This document shows, piece after piece, positions 9,671-20,539 of a stretch of 64,000 nucleotides of DNA. Location: positions 1,088,001-1,152,000 of the forward strand of contig CAVXWP010000001.1 in the NCBI GenBank assembly GCA_963765495.1. Direction: 5' to 3'. Source of the stretch: Blastocatellia bacterium. Its GTDB lineage: Bacteria > Acidobacteriota > Blastocatellia > UBA7656. Made by a program: the position numbers and the translations under genes. The notes beneath the pieces are model-generated. The model was not told where the DNA came from and did no database searches. It saw nothing but the letters and a program-made list of their open reading frames with translations. Every line of letters starts with the position of its first letter. Positions within the stretch are counted from its first letter, which is position 1.

Positions 9671-11257
9671 ATGGACCTGACCCTTACCCCGCTCAGATTC
9701 AAAGAGCGCGCCGTCACTCATTACGGCAATAAAGTAGGAATAATAGATGGCGATGTGCGGCTGACCTACCGCGAATTTGGCGAGCGCGCCGACCGTCTGT
9801 CGAACGCGCTTGCGGAGCTTGGCACCAATCGAAGGGACCGTGTCGCGTGGCTCGGTTATAACAGCCACGCGCTGCTCGAAGCCTACTACGGCGTAGTGCA
9901 GATGGGTGCGGTCCTGTTACCGCTAAACATCAGGCTTACGCCGCAAGAGATTGAATTCATACTCAATGATTCGGAAGCTACGACCCTCGTCTATAACAGA
10001 GATTTTTTGCCAATCGTCGAAGCGGTGCGCGCCGGGGCTAAAACTATAAGGCATTATATCCCGATTGAATCCGGCTCAGTGGCGGGCGACGAGATGGATT
10101 ATGAGACCCTGCTTTCAGCCGCAGGAGCCGATTTCACGCCTCCCTCAGACATCAAAGACGATGACCTGGCGGAACTCTTCTACACATCGGGCACGACGGC
10201 AAATCCCAAGGGCGTGATGATGACGCATCGCAATCTCTATCTCCACGCCTTGCAGGTGCTGGCGGGGATGGGCGTAAAAGACTCGAACGTACAGCTTCAC
10301 ACCATACCGCTTTTTCACGTCAACGGCTGGGGCACTCCGCACACCATCACGGGCGCGGGCGCTCGCCACGTAGTCGTAAAAAAATTCGACCCCGCGGAGG
10401 TTTTACAACTCGTCGAGCGAGAGCGGGTCACTCATTTTTCGATGGTCCCGACGATGGCCACGGCGCTCGTCAACTGCCCCTTGCTTGGCCAGTATGATCT
10501 GTCGAGCCTGGAATATGTAGGCATAGGAGGGGCGGCTGCGCCCACGGACCTGATCCGCGAGATAGAAGAAAAGCTTGGGTGTCGCGCCTACGGCGGTTAT
10601 GGCCTTACCGAAACCACCCCGGTGCTGACGTTCTCTTTTATAAAGGATCATTTGAAGGACTTGCCCGATGAAGAGCGATGGAGACGACAGGCGATGACCG
10701 GCTACCCCATGCCGGGCGTCGAGATGAGCATAGTCGATGCGGATGACAACCACCTGCCGCGAGACGGCGCAAGCGCAGGCGAGATAGTCGTCCGCGCAGA
10801 CAACGTGATGGCCGGTTATTGGAAACAGCCCGAAGATACGGCGCATGTTATGCGCGGCGGCTGGTTCCACACGGGCGATATGGCCACGATTGATGAGGAA
10901 GGCTACTTTCTGATAGTAGACCGCAAGAAAGACATAATCATATCGGGAGGCGAAAACATCTCTTCCATAGAAGTGGAAAAAGCGATCTTCTCGCACCCTT
11001 CGGTCTTTGAATGCGCGGTCATTCCCGTACCCGATGAAAAATGGGGTGAGGTTCCGAAGGCGCTCGTTGTCGTAAAGCCGGGCGAAACGCTCGACGAGAA
11101 GGAACTTATTGATCACTGCCGGACGAGGCTGCCCGGTTTCAAGATTCCAAAGTCAGTGATCTTTATGGATTCACTTCCAAAGGGAGGGACCGGAAAGATA
11201 CTCAAGAAAGAACTGCGCGAGAAATACTGGGAAGGTTACGAAAAGCGCGTCCACTAG
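9671..11257 (+). CDS. Fatty acyl-CoA synthetase (AMP-binding family), tandem paralogue
   Basis: YTSGTTANPKG, PLFHVNGWG, GWFHTGD and ISGGENISS motifs. Confidence 0.92.
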   Translation: MDLTLTPLRFKERAVTHYGNKVGIIDGDVRLTYREFGERADRLSNALAELGTNRRDRVAWLGYNSHALLEAYYGVVQMGAVLLPLNIRLTPQEIEFILNDSEATTLVYNRDFLPIVEAVRAGAKTIRHYIPIESGSVAGDEMDYETLLSAAGADFTPPSDIKDDDLAELFYTSGTTANPKGVMMTHRNLYLHALQVLAGMGVKDSNVQLHTIPLFHVNGWGTPHTITGAGARHVVVKKFDPAEVLQLVERERVTHFSMVPTMATALVNCPLLGQYDLSSLEYVGIGGAAAPTDLIREIEEKLGCRAYGGYGLTETTPVLTFSFIKDHLKDLPDEERWRRQAMTGYPMPGVEMSIVDADDNHLPRDGASAGEIVVRADNVMAGYWKQPEDTAHVMRGGWFHTGDMATIDEEGYFLIVDRKKDIIISGGENISSIEVEKAIFSHPSVFECAVIPVPDEKWGEVPKALVVVKPGETLDEKELIDHCRTRLPGFKIPKSVIFMDSLPKGGTGKILKKELREKYWEGYEKRVH

Positions 11258-11365
11258 GGAAAGGATGAAGGATGAAAACATGCCAGGGATACATTCTGAT
11301 TATTGCGGTTGATCATTTATCAGGATTTCTTCCTTGCAGCTTTTTATCCTTCATCCTTCATCCTT
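11258..11365. repeat. Hairpin element with AGGATGA/TCATCCT heptamer arms
   Basis: aaggatgaaggatgaa ... tttatccttcatccttcatcctt. The right arm supplies the last codons and stop of the 11344-11808 ORF. Confidence 0.75.
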
Positions 11366-11808
11366 AGCTTTTTTTTGAGCCGCCAGAGGGCGCGGGGCAT
11401 CGTGATCCACGCCGAACGGGGCAGACGCGACAAAGCCCGGGTGAGCATCTGTCGTTCGGGCTGGTCGAGTTTGATTTCACAACTCCAATCCCTTAGCCGT
11501 TCGTTTGCCTGCTCGAATCTTGCCTGCTCTTCACTCGAACTAGCTTGCTGTCCGTTCTGCTGGGCGTTTGCCATCAATTCAAAAATGCCGCTTTCGATCA
11601 ATCCTTCACGCAGGTGATTGTTCAGATGCCGAACGAGTTGCTTTTCGGGCGCGAGCGCGTTTATGCCCGTCAGATGCTCGAAGTCCTCGACTATGGGACA
11701 CGCCTCTTCACACGATGGAGATTCTGCCGACGTGGCTTCGGCAGGCGGGCCGCCTTCCAGTAAAAAGAGCAGCAGGCTTAGCTCTTGATGCGAAAACTCA
11801 ACTGTCAC
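11344..11808 (-). CDS. Hypothetical protein
   Basis: 154-aa ORF downstream of tatD with a GAAAGG RBS-like motif; no family recognised. Confidence 0.6.
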   Translation of the reverse strand: MTVEFSHQELSLLLFLLEGGPPAEATSAESPSCEEACPIVEDFEHLTGINALAPEKQLVRHLNNHLREGLIESGIFELMANAQQNGQQASSSEEQARFEQANERLRDWSCEIKLDQPERQMLTRALSRLPRSAWITMPRALWRLKKKLRMKDEG

Positions 11809-11828
11809 TTTAAGGTTCGCCTTTCAGA

Positions 11829-12617
11829 TCAGGGCTCCTGATCAAGCCGGAACAAACGCTTGAAGTTTGCGCTCGTCACGCGGCCTATCTCTTCGACCGC
11901 GAGGTTGCGAAGCCCTGCAATGCAACGCGCGGTCTCTACGACATAAGCGGGTTCGTTTCGGCGTCCGCGAAAAGGGACGGGCGCAAGAAACGGGCTGTCG
12001 GTTTCAATCAACAGTCTTTCAAGGGGAATGCTTGCGGCCGTCTGGCGTAAATCGTCCGCTTTTTTGAAGGTCACGACACCGGAAAACGATATAAAAAAGC
12101 CGAGCTTGATCGCCTCTTCGGCAAACCACCCGGTGCCGGTGAAACAATGAATTACTCCCGGCAATTCAGCGCCCGCCCATTCTTCGTGGAGCAGGGCAAG
12201 CGTATCCTCTTCCGCCTCGCGAGTGTGAATGCTCACGGGTAAGCGCAGCTTGCGCGCAAGCTGTAATTGTTTGCGAAAAGCCACGGCCTGAGCGTCACGC
12301 GGCGAGTTGTCGTAATGATAATCAAGCCCGATCTCGCCAATGGCGATCACCTTCGGATGCCGGGCGAGGTCCGCGAGTCTGTTGTAGAGATCGTCATCGA
12401 GCAGGCGAGCCTCGTGCGGATGGAGGCCAACGGTCGTGTATATAAACGGATGTTTTTCGGCTACGCGAAAGGCGGCCGAGTGAGAATCGCGAGCAACATC
12501 TCCGTTGCCTACGTTGACGATTATCTCGACTCCGGCATCCCTTGCGCGTTTTATCATCTGCTCGCGGTCGCCGTCGAAGTCTTCCATTTCAATGTGCGCG
12601 TGTGAATCTATATACAT
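11829..12617 (-). CDS. tatD: TatD family deoxyribonuclease
   Basis: DSHAH, GEIGLDY, IHTRE, HCFTG, ETDSPFLAP and RNEP motifs. Confidence 0.93.
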   Translation of the reverse strand: MYIDSHAHIEMEDFDGDREQMIKRARDAGVEIIVNVGNGDVARDSHSAAFRVAEKHPFIYTTVGLHPHEARLLDDDLYNRLADLARHPKVIAIGEIGLDYHYDNSPRDAQAVAFRKQLQLARKLRLPVSIHTREAEEDTLALLHEEWAGAELPGVIHCFTGTGWFAEEAIKLGFFISFSGVVTFKKADDLRQTAASIPLERLLIETDSPFLAPVPFRGRRNEPAYVVETARCIAGLRNLAVEEIGRVTSANFKRLFRLDQEP

Positions 12618-12635
12618 ATCGGTCCATCAGAAAAC

Positions 12636-13577
12636 TTAAGAGCCAAAGCTGAATCCGCCGCCGCCGCCGCTCGATTGCGAAGGAAAGAACGGCTTGAGCA
12701 GCCCGGCGAGCGCCGCAAGGTTTCGGGTCTGGATCAAAAGCTCGCCCGGCCCCTGAAATTCTGCGACTATGCCTTCCCCGCTCACAAGGCTGCGGAAGAA
12801 CCCCGCTGCCGCTTTGCGTAGCTGGTACTGCGTAGAGCCTTCCCATGCCACGAGATGTCCCGTATCGACTACATATCGCTCGCCCGGTCCCAATCGCTTG
12901 CGATGAATCGCGCCGAATGATGAGAGCAACAACAGCCCTGTGCCGTAAACCTGCAATACGAAAAGCCCCTCGCCCCCGAAGAAAGATTTCGCGCCGCCCC
13001 ATTTCGTATCAACCGTGAGCCCCGCGTCTCCGGCGAGGTATGAACTTGATTGCACGAAAAACATCTGATTGTTCATCTCTATCGCGGCGATGTCGCCGGG
13101 CGCGCCGGGCGCGAGCGTCACTTCGCCGGGGCCGCCCCTCGCCGTAAACGTAGAGACGAAGGCCGATTCGCCTCCCACGGCCCGCTTTAACGCGCCCATC
13201 AACCCGCCTTTCATCTGCGATTGCAACTCTACGTTTGCCGACATAGAAACCATAGCGCCCGCTTCGGCAAGAATCGATTGCTCTGCCTGCAAGTGAACCA
13301 CCGCAAGCGAAAACGCCGGTTGATGAAGTATCTCGTAGCTGTACCCGCGTCCCGTCCCTTGCGCATCATCGTCAATATGTATGCCGTGCCCGCCCCCCGA
13401 AGGATTTGGCTGCGGAGCGTTTGAGCCGTAGCCGGGCGGTGGGTTTTCATAGCCGGGCGGCGGATTGTTAGCGCCGTAGCCGGGTTGCGGATTGCCTGCT
13501 GCTTCAACGCGATTGCCGCAGAGTGTGCAAAACTGCGCGCCCGGAGCCAGTGCTCCACCGCATCTGGAACAGTTCAT
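12636..13577 (-). CDS. TIGR00266/AIM24 family protein with N-terminal zinc ribbon and Pro-rich linker
   Basis: CSRC...FCTLCG, then AEAGAMV, GGES.F, FGGEGLF and VDTGHLVAW. Confidence 0.88.
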   Translation of the reverse strand: MNCSRCGGALAPGAQFCTLCGNRVEAAGNPQPGYGANNPPPGYENPPPGYGSNAPQPNPSGGGHGIHIDDDAQGTGRGYSYEILHQPAFSLAVVHLQAEQSILAEAGAMVSMSANVELQSQMKGGLMGALKRAVGGESAFVSTFTARGGPGEVTLAPGAPGDIAAIEMNNQMFFVQSSSYLAGDAGLTVDTKWGGAKSFFGGEGLFVLQVYGTGLLLLSSFGAIHRKRLGPGERYVVDTGHLVAWEGSTQYQLRKAAAGFFRSLVSGEGIVAEFQGPGELLIQTRNLAALAGLLKPFFPSQSSGGGGGFSFGS

Positions 13578-13814
13578 GTCTTCCCTCCTTTATCAAGAAT
13601 CGACTGTCTCAAGCCCTAGTTGATACTCTACCATTCCAGGCGCGAAATCGACAGACCATCGGTTTGGCGATTCAAATCCGTATGAGTTGCTTTGCTCTCC
13701 GGGGCAATTAATGTATGATCGCCCTTCCCGATAATTTCGCGCTGCGATTCCTGCGCCAGAAACTCGATACTGTCGTCAAGCAGTAGGACTCTAATTCAAC
13801 GAAGGAGAATACTC

Positions 13815-14282
13815 ATGGGAAAAATCAACGTGGGTCGTGTGCTGCTCGGAGGTTTGCTTGCCGGTCTGGTGTTGAATATAGGTGAATATCTGGCTAACGC
13901 AGTATTGTTTGCCAGACAGATCGAAGATTCTATGCGCGCTTTGAATTTGCCGACTGCAAGCGGCAGCTTCATCGCGCTGGCCGTAACGGTCACTTTTGTG
14001 TTGGGCATTGCCATGGTGTTTTTGTACGCGGCGATACGGCCACGGTTTGGCCCCGGCATCAAGACCGCCGTCATCGCCGGGTTGATGGTATGGTTGCTTG
14101 CCTATGCCTATAACTCGGTATTGAATGTCGGTCTTGGAATATTTCCTCTGAATCTGACGTTGATCGGGCTCGTCTGGGGATTGGTGGAAGCGCCCCTTGC
14201 GGCTGTGGTCGGAGCCTGGGCTTACAAAGAAGAGGAGAGCGAAGCGCGCGTGTCGGACGCTTATCAGCAACGAGGGGCTTGA
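13815..14282 (+). CDS. Four-TM membrane protein of unknown function
   Basis: GAAGGAG RBS, four hydrophobic segments, YAAIRPRFGPG motif. Confidence 0.75.
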   Translation: MGKINVGRVLLGGLLAGLVLNIGEYLANAVLFARQIEDSMRALNLPTASGSFIALAVTVTFVLGIAMVFLYAAIRPRFGPGIKTAVIAGLMVWLLAYAYNSVLNVGLGIFPLNLTLIGLVWGLVEAPLAAVVGAWAYKEEESEARVSDAYQQRGA

Positions 14283-14315
14283 AGACGAGGGGCTTGAAGA
14301 CGAGGGACTTGAAGA
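14271..14315 (+). repeat. 15-bp tandem repeat CGAGGGGCTTGAAGA x3
   Basis: Read directly between the convergent membrane-protein and priA stop codons (third copy has one mismatch). Confidence 0.8.
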
Positions 14316-14327
14316 GGCGCTTGACGC

Positions 14328-16790
14328 TCACATCAAGCTTACGGGATCGACTTCGATAGAGATTGATCGCGGATTGTGGCCGAGCGCCGTAGCTTTGTCC
14401 ATCGCTATATCGAGAATCTCGCGGGCGCGGCGGCGACTACGCGCCTTTATCAATATCTGAAATCGGTGCTCGCCTTTGAGCCGGGCAAGCGGAGCGGGCG
14501 CAGGCCCAAGCACTCGAAGAGAGGAGTCGCGGGCCGCCTCTCTGAGTTCGCGCGCCAGATCGGTGGCCGCAAGATTTGCGCGATCAAACTCCTTATCACG
14601 CACGCAAATGTTTATGAGCGCGCTAAAGGGCGGATAGTGCATCGCCCGGCGAAAGCTTATCTCTCGCTGATAAAACGCGTCGTAATCCTGCGCCCGGGCA
14701 CAGACCAGAGAGTAATGCTCCGGGTGATAGGTCTGAATTATCACGCGGCCCGGCAACTCGCCGCGACCGGCTCTTCCGGCCACCTGCGTGAGCAGTTGAA
14801 ACGTCCGCTCGGCGGCTCGAAAATCGGGCAGCGACAGCCCCACGTCAACCGAGATCACGCCTACGAGTGTGACGTTATGAAAATCGTGACCCTTCGCAAG
14901 CATCTGCGTGCCGACGAGCATATCAATGGTCCCGGCTGCAAACTCCATCAGGATATGTTCAAGGCTGCCGCGCCGCCTGGTGGTGTCGCGGTCTACGCGG
15001 GCGATGCTCAATTCGGGAAATAATTCCTGCAACTTCGATTCAAGTTGCTCGGTCCCTTCGCCTACATACTGGATGTAAGGCCCGTCACAGGCAGGACAGG
15101 CGCGCGGCACGGGGCGAATGTAGTTGCAGTAGTGGCAGAGCAGGCTCGAATTATAACGATGATAGGTGAGCGTCACATCGCAGTTCGGGCAGCGCATAGC
15201 CGTGCCGCACGACCGGCACAGCGCGAACGAAGAATAGCCGCGCCGGTTCAAGAGGATCATGCTCTGCTCGCCGCGCTCGTGCGTTTCGGTGATGGCTGTC
15301 TTTAGCTCGTCGGAAAAGGTCTGAGACTTGCCGTATTTCTTGAAGACCTCGCGCATATCGACCGTCTGCACTTCGGCCAGCGCCCGGTTGCCGTAGCGGG
15401 TATCGAGCCTTATATAAGTAGACTTGTTTGTGCGCGCGTTGTGAAAGGATTCGAGCGAGGGCGTGGCCGAACCTATGACAACGACCGCGTGGGCCTGAAC
15501 GGCGCGCACTATAGCGGTGTCGCGTCCGTGGTAGCGCGGCGTCTCGTCCTGTTTGTAAGAAGTCTCGTGTTCTTCGTCTACGATGATGATGCCGAGGTTT
15601 TCAAGCGGAGCAAACACAGCCGAGCGAGTCCCGATTACCACACGCGCATCGCCGTCCTTGATGCGCCGCCACTCGTCGGTGCGTTCGCCTTCCGACAGGC
15701 TCGAATGAAGTATGGCAACCGCTTCGCCGAAATGCGCTCGCAGCCTGCGCGAAAAGACCGGCGTAAGCGCAATCTCGGGCACAAGCATCAAGGCGCTCAA
15801 CCCGCGATTCGTGGCCTCACGCATTGCCCGAATGTAAATCTCCGTCTTGCCGCTTCCCGTGACTCCGTGGAGCAGAAACGTAGCGTACTGGTGCTCATTG
15901 AGTTTTGCGACTATCTGATCGAGCGCGTGTTGCTGGTCTTCGTTGAGCGAAACAAGGTCAAGCTGATCCTGCCGAATGTGAGCGAGCGGGTCGCGTCGAA
16001 CCTCGCGGGGAAAGACTTCGATCAGGCCGCGCTTTTCAAGCGTCCGAACGACCGAAGCCGATACGTCAGCCTCTTCGAGCAATTCGCTGAGCGAAACATC
16101 GGTCTCGGCCATTTCCAGAAAGTCGATCACGCGCTGTTGCTGCTCTGTGAGCGGGCGGGGGCTTTTCTGGGGGCCAGGGGCCGGGGGCCCCCCCCTGAGC
16201 CGGACAGCATTCTGGAGCTTTGGCTTGAGACCGCTTTCGCCTACGCGATGGGCTACGTGGACGAGGCCCGCGCGTTCGAGTTGCCGGATGAGCGCCGCGG
16301 CGTGAGATTTCGAGAGTTGTCGTTCAAGCTCGCGGGAACTGATCGAGCCGGTATCGGCGAGCAGTTCGAGCGCCTGATGTTTTGAAGAGGACCACGCAAA
16401 CCCGGCCTGCGATTGAGCAACCATCGAGCGCCCCGCTTCCGTGATCGTCAGCACCTGTTCGGTGGCTACGGTAGCGCCAGCGGGCAGAGCCGTCCTCAGA
16501 CATTCGCCCCAGGGCGCGTGGTAATAATCGGCCATCCATTTTGTCAGTTCCAGAATATCGGGCGTGATGATGGGAGATTCGTCTACGAGTTCTTCGACAT
16601 CTTTTATATCGGAAGAAGCGATTTCTCCATCGAGTTGTTTATGCAGAGAGACGATAAAACCGGTCAGGAGCTTTTTGCCGAAGGGAACGATTACGCGGCA
16701 GCCGGGGAGGGCACGAAGCGCCATATCGCCCGGCAGGTGATAAGTAAACGTCTGTCTGACATGGACGGGAACCGCAACCTCCGCAAACAT
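14328..16790 (-). CDS. priA: Primosomal protein N' (replication restart helicase); start corrected to ATG at 16790
   Basis: MFAEVAVP...FTY start, [13 protein letters not shown], two CxxC pairs, GTQMLAKG. Confidence 0.95.
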   Translation of the reverse strand: MFAEVAVPVHVRQTFTYHLPGDMALRALPGCRVIVPFGKKLLTGFIVSLHKQLDGEIASSDIKDVEELVDESPIITPDILELTKWMADYYHAPWGECLRTALPAGATVATEQVLTITEAGRSMVAQSQAGFAWSSSKHQALELLADTGSISSRELERQLSKSHAAALIRQLERAGLVHVAHRVGESGLKPKLQNAVRLRGGPPAPGPQKSPRPLTEQQQRVIDFLEMAETDVSLSELLEEADVSASVVRTLEKRGLIEVFPREVRRDPLAHIRQDQLDLVSLNEDQQHALDQIVAKLNEHQYATFLLHGVTGSGKTEIYIRAMREATNRGLSALMLVPEIALTPVFSRRLRAHFGEAVAILHSSLSEGERTDEWRRIKDGDARVVIGTRSAVFAPLENLGIIIVDEEHETSYKQDETPRYHGRDTAIVRAVQAHAVVVIGSATPSLESFHNARTNKSTYIRLDTRYGNRALAEVQTVDMREVFKKYGKSQTFSDELKTAITETHERGEQSMILLNRRGYSSFALCRSCGTAMRCPNCDVTLTYHRYNSSLLCHYCNYIRPVPRACPACDGPYIQYVGEGTEQLESKLQELFPELSIARVDRDTTRRRGSLEHILMEFAAGTIDMLVGTQMLAKGHDFHNVTLVGVISVDVGLSLPDFRAAERTFQLLTQVAGRAGRGELPGRVIIQTYHPEHYSLVCARAQDYDAFYQREISFRRAMHYPPFSALINICVRDKEFDRANLAATDLARELREAARDSSLRVLGPAPAPLARLKGEHRFQILIKARSRRRAREILDIAMDKATALGHNPRSISIEVDPVSLM

Positions 16791-16816
16791 CAGCCGTATT
16801 GTACACGATGCGGGCG
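16755..16816. repeat. Direct repeat copy A: priA -10 box plus first ~12 codons
   Basis: 57/62 identical to 20540-20601. Confidence 0.92.
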
Positions 16817-16848
16817 ACAGCCGAAAACCTGAACGGCGAACAAGGAAA

Positions 16849-19651
16849 TTACATGTATAGAGACTGTTGATTTGATGTGAGAAGGAACAGATCAACTTCC
16901 TGACGGTAAACCCATTCGTCGTCGTGTTGTGGACCCTCTCTGGAAATATACCGATGATTGAACTCGCCCATAATCTCTTCTGAAGAAGGCGGAGGATTTG
17001 TTGTCAGGTCATTATAAACCGCGATAGCGCGATCACGTTCCCCTAGTTCACCAAAAGAATGGAGGCGCAAGATATTAGCCTGCGGTTGAAGCATCGGAAA
17101 TGTGATTTGCTCAAGTACTTCACTGGCTTTCCTGAATTCATTCTGTCGAAGCCATGCAGCGCCCAAAGCTGTAAGAAAGTATTGCCTGCTGGAGGGCCAA
17201 GGACAACCTATCGCGCCATGCTCAAACACTTGTAATGCCTCATCTGTTTGGCCCATTCGTAACAGAATCATCCCGCGTATGTGGTAGCCAATCCAGTCTT
17301 CGTGGCTAGTTGGAACTTTATCCGGCAGATATGAAATAGCCTCCTCGTAACGTCGCAAAGCGGCAAGAACGCAACTCCGTCCATTTCTAGCTATAGAATC
17401 TTGCGGATGCGCAGTAACAATGTCGTTGTAAGCGGCAAGAGCATTTTCAAAACGGCCAAGTGCCTTCAATACCTCTGCTCTTCCAGTCTTGGCGATGACA
17501 TCCTCAGGATGCTCGACAATGACCTCATCATAGGCAGCAAGAGCATTTTCAAAACGGCCAAGTGCCTTCAATACCTCCGCTCTTCCAGATCTTGGCGATG
17601 ACATCCCCAGGATGCTCGACAATGACCTCATCATAAGCGGCAAGAGCATTTTCAAAACGGCCAAGTGCCTTCAATACCTCTGCTCTTCCGTCTTTGGCGA
17701 TGACATTTTCAGGATGCTCGACAATGACCTCATCATAGGCAGCAAGAGCATTTTCAAAACGGCCAAGTGCCTTCAATACCTCCGCTCTTCCAGTCTTGGC
17801 GATGACATCCTCAGGATGCTCGACAATGACCTCATCATAGGCAGCAAGAGCATTTTCAAAACGGCCAAGTGCCTTCAATACCTCTGCTCTTCCGTTTTTG
17901 GCGATGACATCCTCAGGATGCTCGACAATGACCTCATCATAGGCAGCAAGAGCATTTTCAAAACGGCCAAGTGCCTTCAATACCTCTGCTCTTCCGTTTT
18001 GGCGATGACATCCTCAGGATGCTCGACAATGACCTCATCATAGGCAGCAAGAGCATTTTCAAAACGGCCAAGTGCCTTCAATACCTCTGCTCTTCCGTTT
18101 TTGGCGATGACATCCTCAGGATGCTCGACAATGACCTCATCATAGGCAGCAAGAGCATTTTCAAAACGGCCAAGTGCCTTCAATACCTCTGCTCTTCCGT
18201 TTTTGGCGATGACATTTTCAGGATGCTCGACAATGACCTCATCATAGGCAGCAAGAGCATTTTCAAAACGGCCAAGTGCCTTCAATACCTCTGCTCTTCC
18301 GCTTGGCGATGACATTTTCAGGATGCTCGACAATGACCTCATCATAGGCAGCAAGAGCATTTTCAAAACGGCCAAGTGCCTTCAATACCTCCGCTCTTCC
18401 AGACTTGGCGATGACATCCCCAGGATGCTCAGCGATGACCTCATCATAAGCAGCAAGCGCCTTATCAAGGTGACCGAGTGCTTTCAGTACCTCTGCTCTT
18501 CCCCTCTTAGCTACGGCCCCAGCCCCAAATGAATATGCTTGTTCATATGCCCTTAATGCTTCATTTGGTTCTTGCATGTTTAAAAGCGCATCTCCGTATT
18601 GCGTCCAGGACCAGGCATCGTCAGGCTCCAGATTGATACTTCGCTCTGTCAGTTCTAGCTGCAAAGAGTACATGCCTAGAGCTTTTGCTTCGACTGCCAG
18701 ATCACATAATGACTTAACCAAAAACTTAGAACCGCCGTACCGTAGCTGATACTCAATGAGTTGATCTATAATTTCGCGAGCGCGTCCAATTTCTCGCCGT
18801 TGCATGGAATCAATTATTAATCTCTTCTGGCTTTCGACGTTTGCGAGTACAACTTCACGATTGATACCTGCTCGACGCCCTTTGCTTTTCCTTGATGAAC
18901 GGTTGCTTTCGGTTTCTTCTTCTATTTCGGGCCTTATGACTTGCGGCTCTTCTGTGATGCGAAAGGGTTTTACCCATTGCTGCAATATCGTTCGATGGTT
19001 TTTCAGCGCCTTTATTGAAGGTTTCCACAAAGAGTTAATGAGAAATTGGTTTACCTCTTCATTGCCGCGCCTGATGGCGAGGTCGCGGAAAAGCCCTTCC
19101 TGAATTGCAGTGTGGTGGAATTTTGTCTGTTCCTCAACTCCTCCGAACATCGTCACGGGGATACCGTCCCAGGATGAGCAGGCGAGACGTATAGACGGCT
19201 GATTCTCTCTGAGTCGTTCCAGCAGAGTGTATGCTCTGTTTGCCTGACTCTTATCGCGTAAACTCAAAGCTCCGTCAATATCGGCTGCATCGGGCAGGGG
19301 CCGCCCATAAAGTACGCTTTCCAGTTTCAACTCAATATCCGCGTCAATAAGCAATTCTTCGAGCGCATCTATGGCTTCGGCTCTGGTTTCATCCGAAAGC
19401 TCGGAGTCAAGCGCGATCAACGTCAGGTCAAGCGCAGCAGATGAGTTATAAGCTCGTTCCAATTCCTGCGCGACCTGAGCGCGGTCTACGTCTTCGAGAA
19501 ATTGAAGGTCGCTCGCATCGCCGAAGAGGAAGGGAAGGTCCGCCTGACGTCTGGGCACACAGGTATTCGGGTCGTCCACGTCGAACGACATCAGTGTGTT
19601 GCCTTCTATCAGTAGCGCCATTCCTGCGCGCCCGGAAATCGCTGCGTTCAT
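16849..19651 (-). CDS. Large TPR-repeat protein (~930 aa if continuous), broken by three frameshifts within the repeat array
   Basis: ORFs 18263-19651, 17977-18375, 17549-17980 and 16849-17664 join into one protein with the 34-aa unit [34 protein letters not shown]. Indels near 18300 (-2), 17998 (-1) and 17589 (+1). Confidence 0.8.
17425..18505. repeat. 102-bp tandem repeat array (10 near-identical copies plus 1 degenerate)
   Basis: aaaacggccaagtgccttcaatacc recurs about every 102 bp from ~17450 to ~18365. Confidence 0.95.
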
Positions 19652-20511
19652 CGCTTTACCTTCAGTGTGGCTCCCGTCTTTTCGAGCCTCTGCCTCAGAG
19701 CTTTAATTCTAACATTTTGGATTGTATTCTTGCGCGGGGTAAAGGTGACTCGCTCTATAGTCCGAGCGGTCATTGGCCCCCAAATATGTACCTCTACAAA
19801 TTCATCTTCTTCGGAGGTCGCGCCCTGGCGCAACAGCAGTCCAGAGTATTCATCTGCTCGTGTCGTGCTGTCAATACTCCCGGCGAGCTTGGCGACGCAG
19901 AGTTTATGCCGATTTTCCCACGTCGCACGGTAGCCTTTAGGAAGGGTTGGTGTATCGTACACCTCGACATTCCGGTGTTTCATGAACATCACCGAGTTCT
20001 CTTCAAATACAGAGGCGCGATGCGCGATCATATCGGTGCGAAAGACTAGCCAGCACTCGCCGTAGTTAGACAAACCAACCCCATCGAGTGAAAGCGCGGC
20101 GAACCGGATATGCTTTTTATAGCCGGGAAAAAGCGCGCTATCAGTTACGGCGCGCAAGATGTCCCATTTGTTGCCTTCGGGCAATCTGATTTCTGCTTCT
20201 GTTAGCTGGTAGTATGTTGCGTAAAGCTCGTTATCGCTTGTAGCGAGCCTCTCGACTTCGGCTAAGGAGCGCGAGATGACAACCACTGTGTTTGCCAAAG
20301 CAGCCTCAAAGTTATTAACGGCTTCATCTGCTCCGCGAGTTGCGGCCTCTGTTCTGGCTGTCTGGTAGCGATCTTCTAATGCTGAGTACTCGTCCGGGTC
20401 TTCGGCGGCGCGAACATTCGGAGGAGGACACCATCTTCCGCAATGCGGGCATCGATCAACCGAGGATGGGATATGATTATTACAATTAAGGCATAAATAC
20501 AATCTGCTCAT
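19648..20511 (-). CDS. Zn-ribbon plus DUF3626-like (putative ADP-ribosyltransferase-fold) protein
   Basis: CLNC..CPHC N-terminus. R..TDSALFPGY, IRFAALS..G...YGECWLVF, HRASVFEENS and DEFVEVHIWGP parallel DUF3626 motifs as recalled. ATGA overlap with the TPR gene. Confidence 0.55.
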   Translation of the reverse strand: MSRLYLCLNCNNHIPSSVDRCPHCGRWCPPPNVRAAEDPDEYSALEDRYQTARTEAATRGADEAVNNFEAALANTVVVISRSLAEVERLATSDNELYATYYQLTEAEIRLPEGNKWDILRAVTDSALFPGYKKHIRFAALSLDGVGLSNYGECWLVFRTDMIAHRASVFEENSVMFMKHRNVEVYDTPTLPKGYRATWENRHKLCVAKLAGSIDSTTRADEYSGLLLRQGATSEEDEFVEVHIWGPMTARTIERVTFTPRKNTIQNVRIKALRQRLEKTGATLKVKR

Positions 20512-20539
20512 GAGCGTTTACACCACGTTTTGCTGTCGT

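Larger units (their letters stand above)
16817..20539 (-). mobile_element. Two-gene islet inserted at the priA 5' end
   Basis: Bounded by the 62-bp direct repeat, AT-richer than flanks, no integrase or transposase inside. Confidence 0.75.

Noticed and set aside
16791-16895. 35-aa N-terminal extension of PriA in the ORF track
   Set aside because: It overlaps the TPR gene end; a -10 box and the duplicated ATG point to a start at 16790
17425-18505. 102-bp array as a CRISPR array
   Set aside because: No unique spacers, the unit is 34 codons of a TPR, and no cas genes are present
17425-18505. Diversity-generating retroelement TR/VR
   Set aside because: Differences are not restricted to adenines (for example AAC vs ACT) and there is no reverse transcriptase in the window
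17401-18532. Plus-strand repetitive ORFs ([14 protein letters not shown]...)
   Set aside because: Antisense shadows of the TPR repeat
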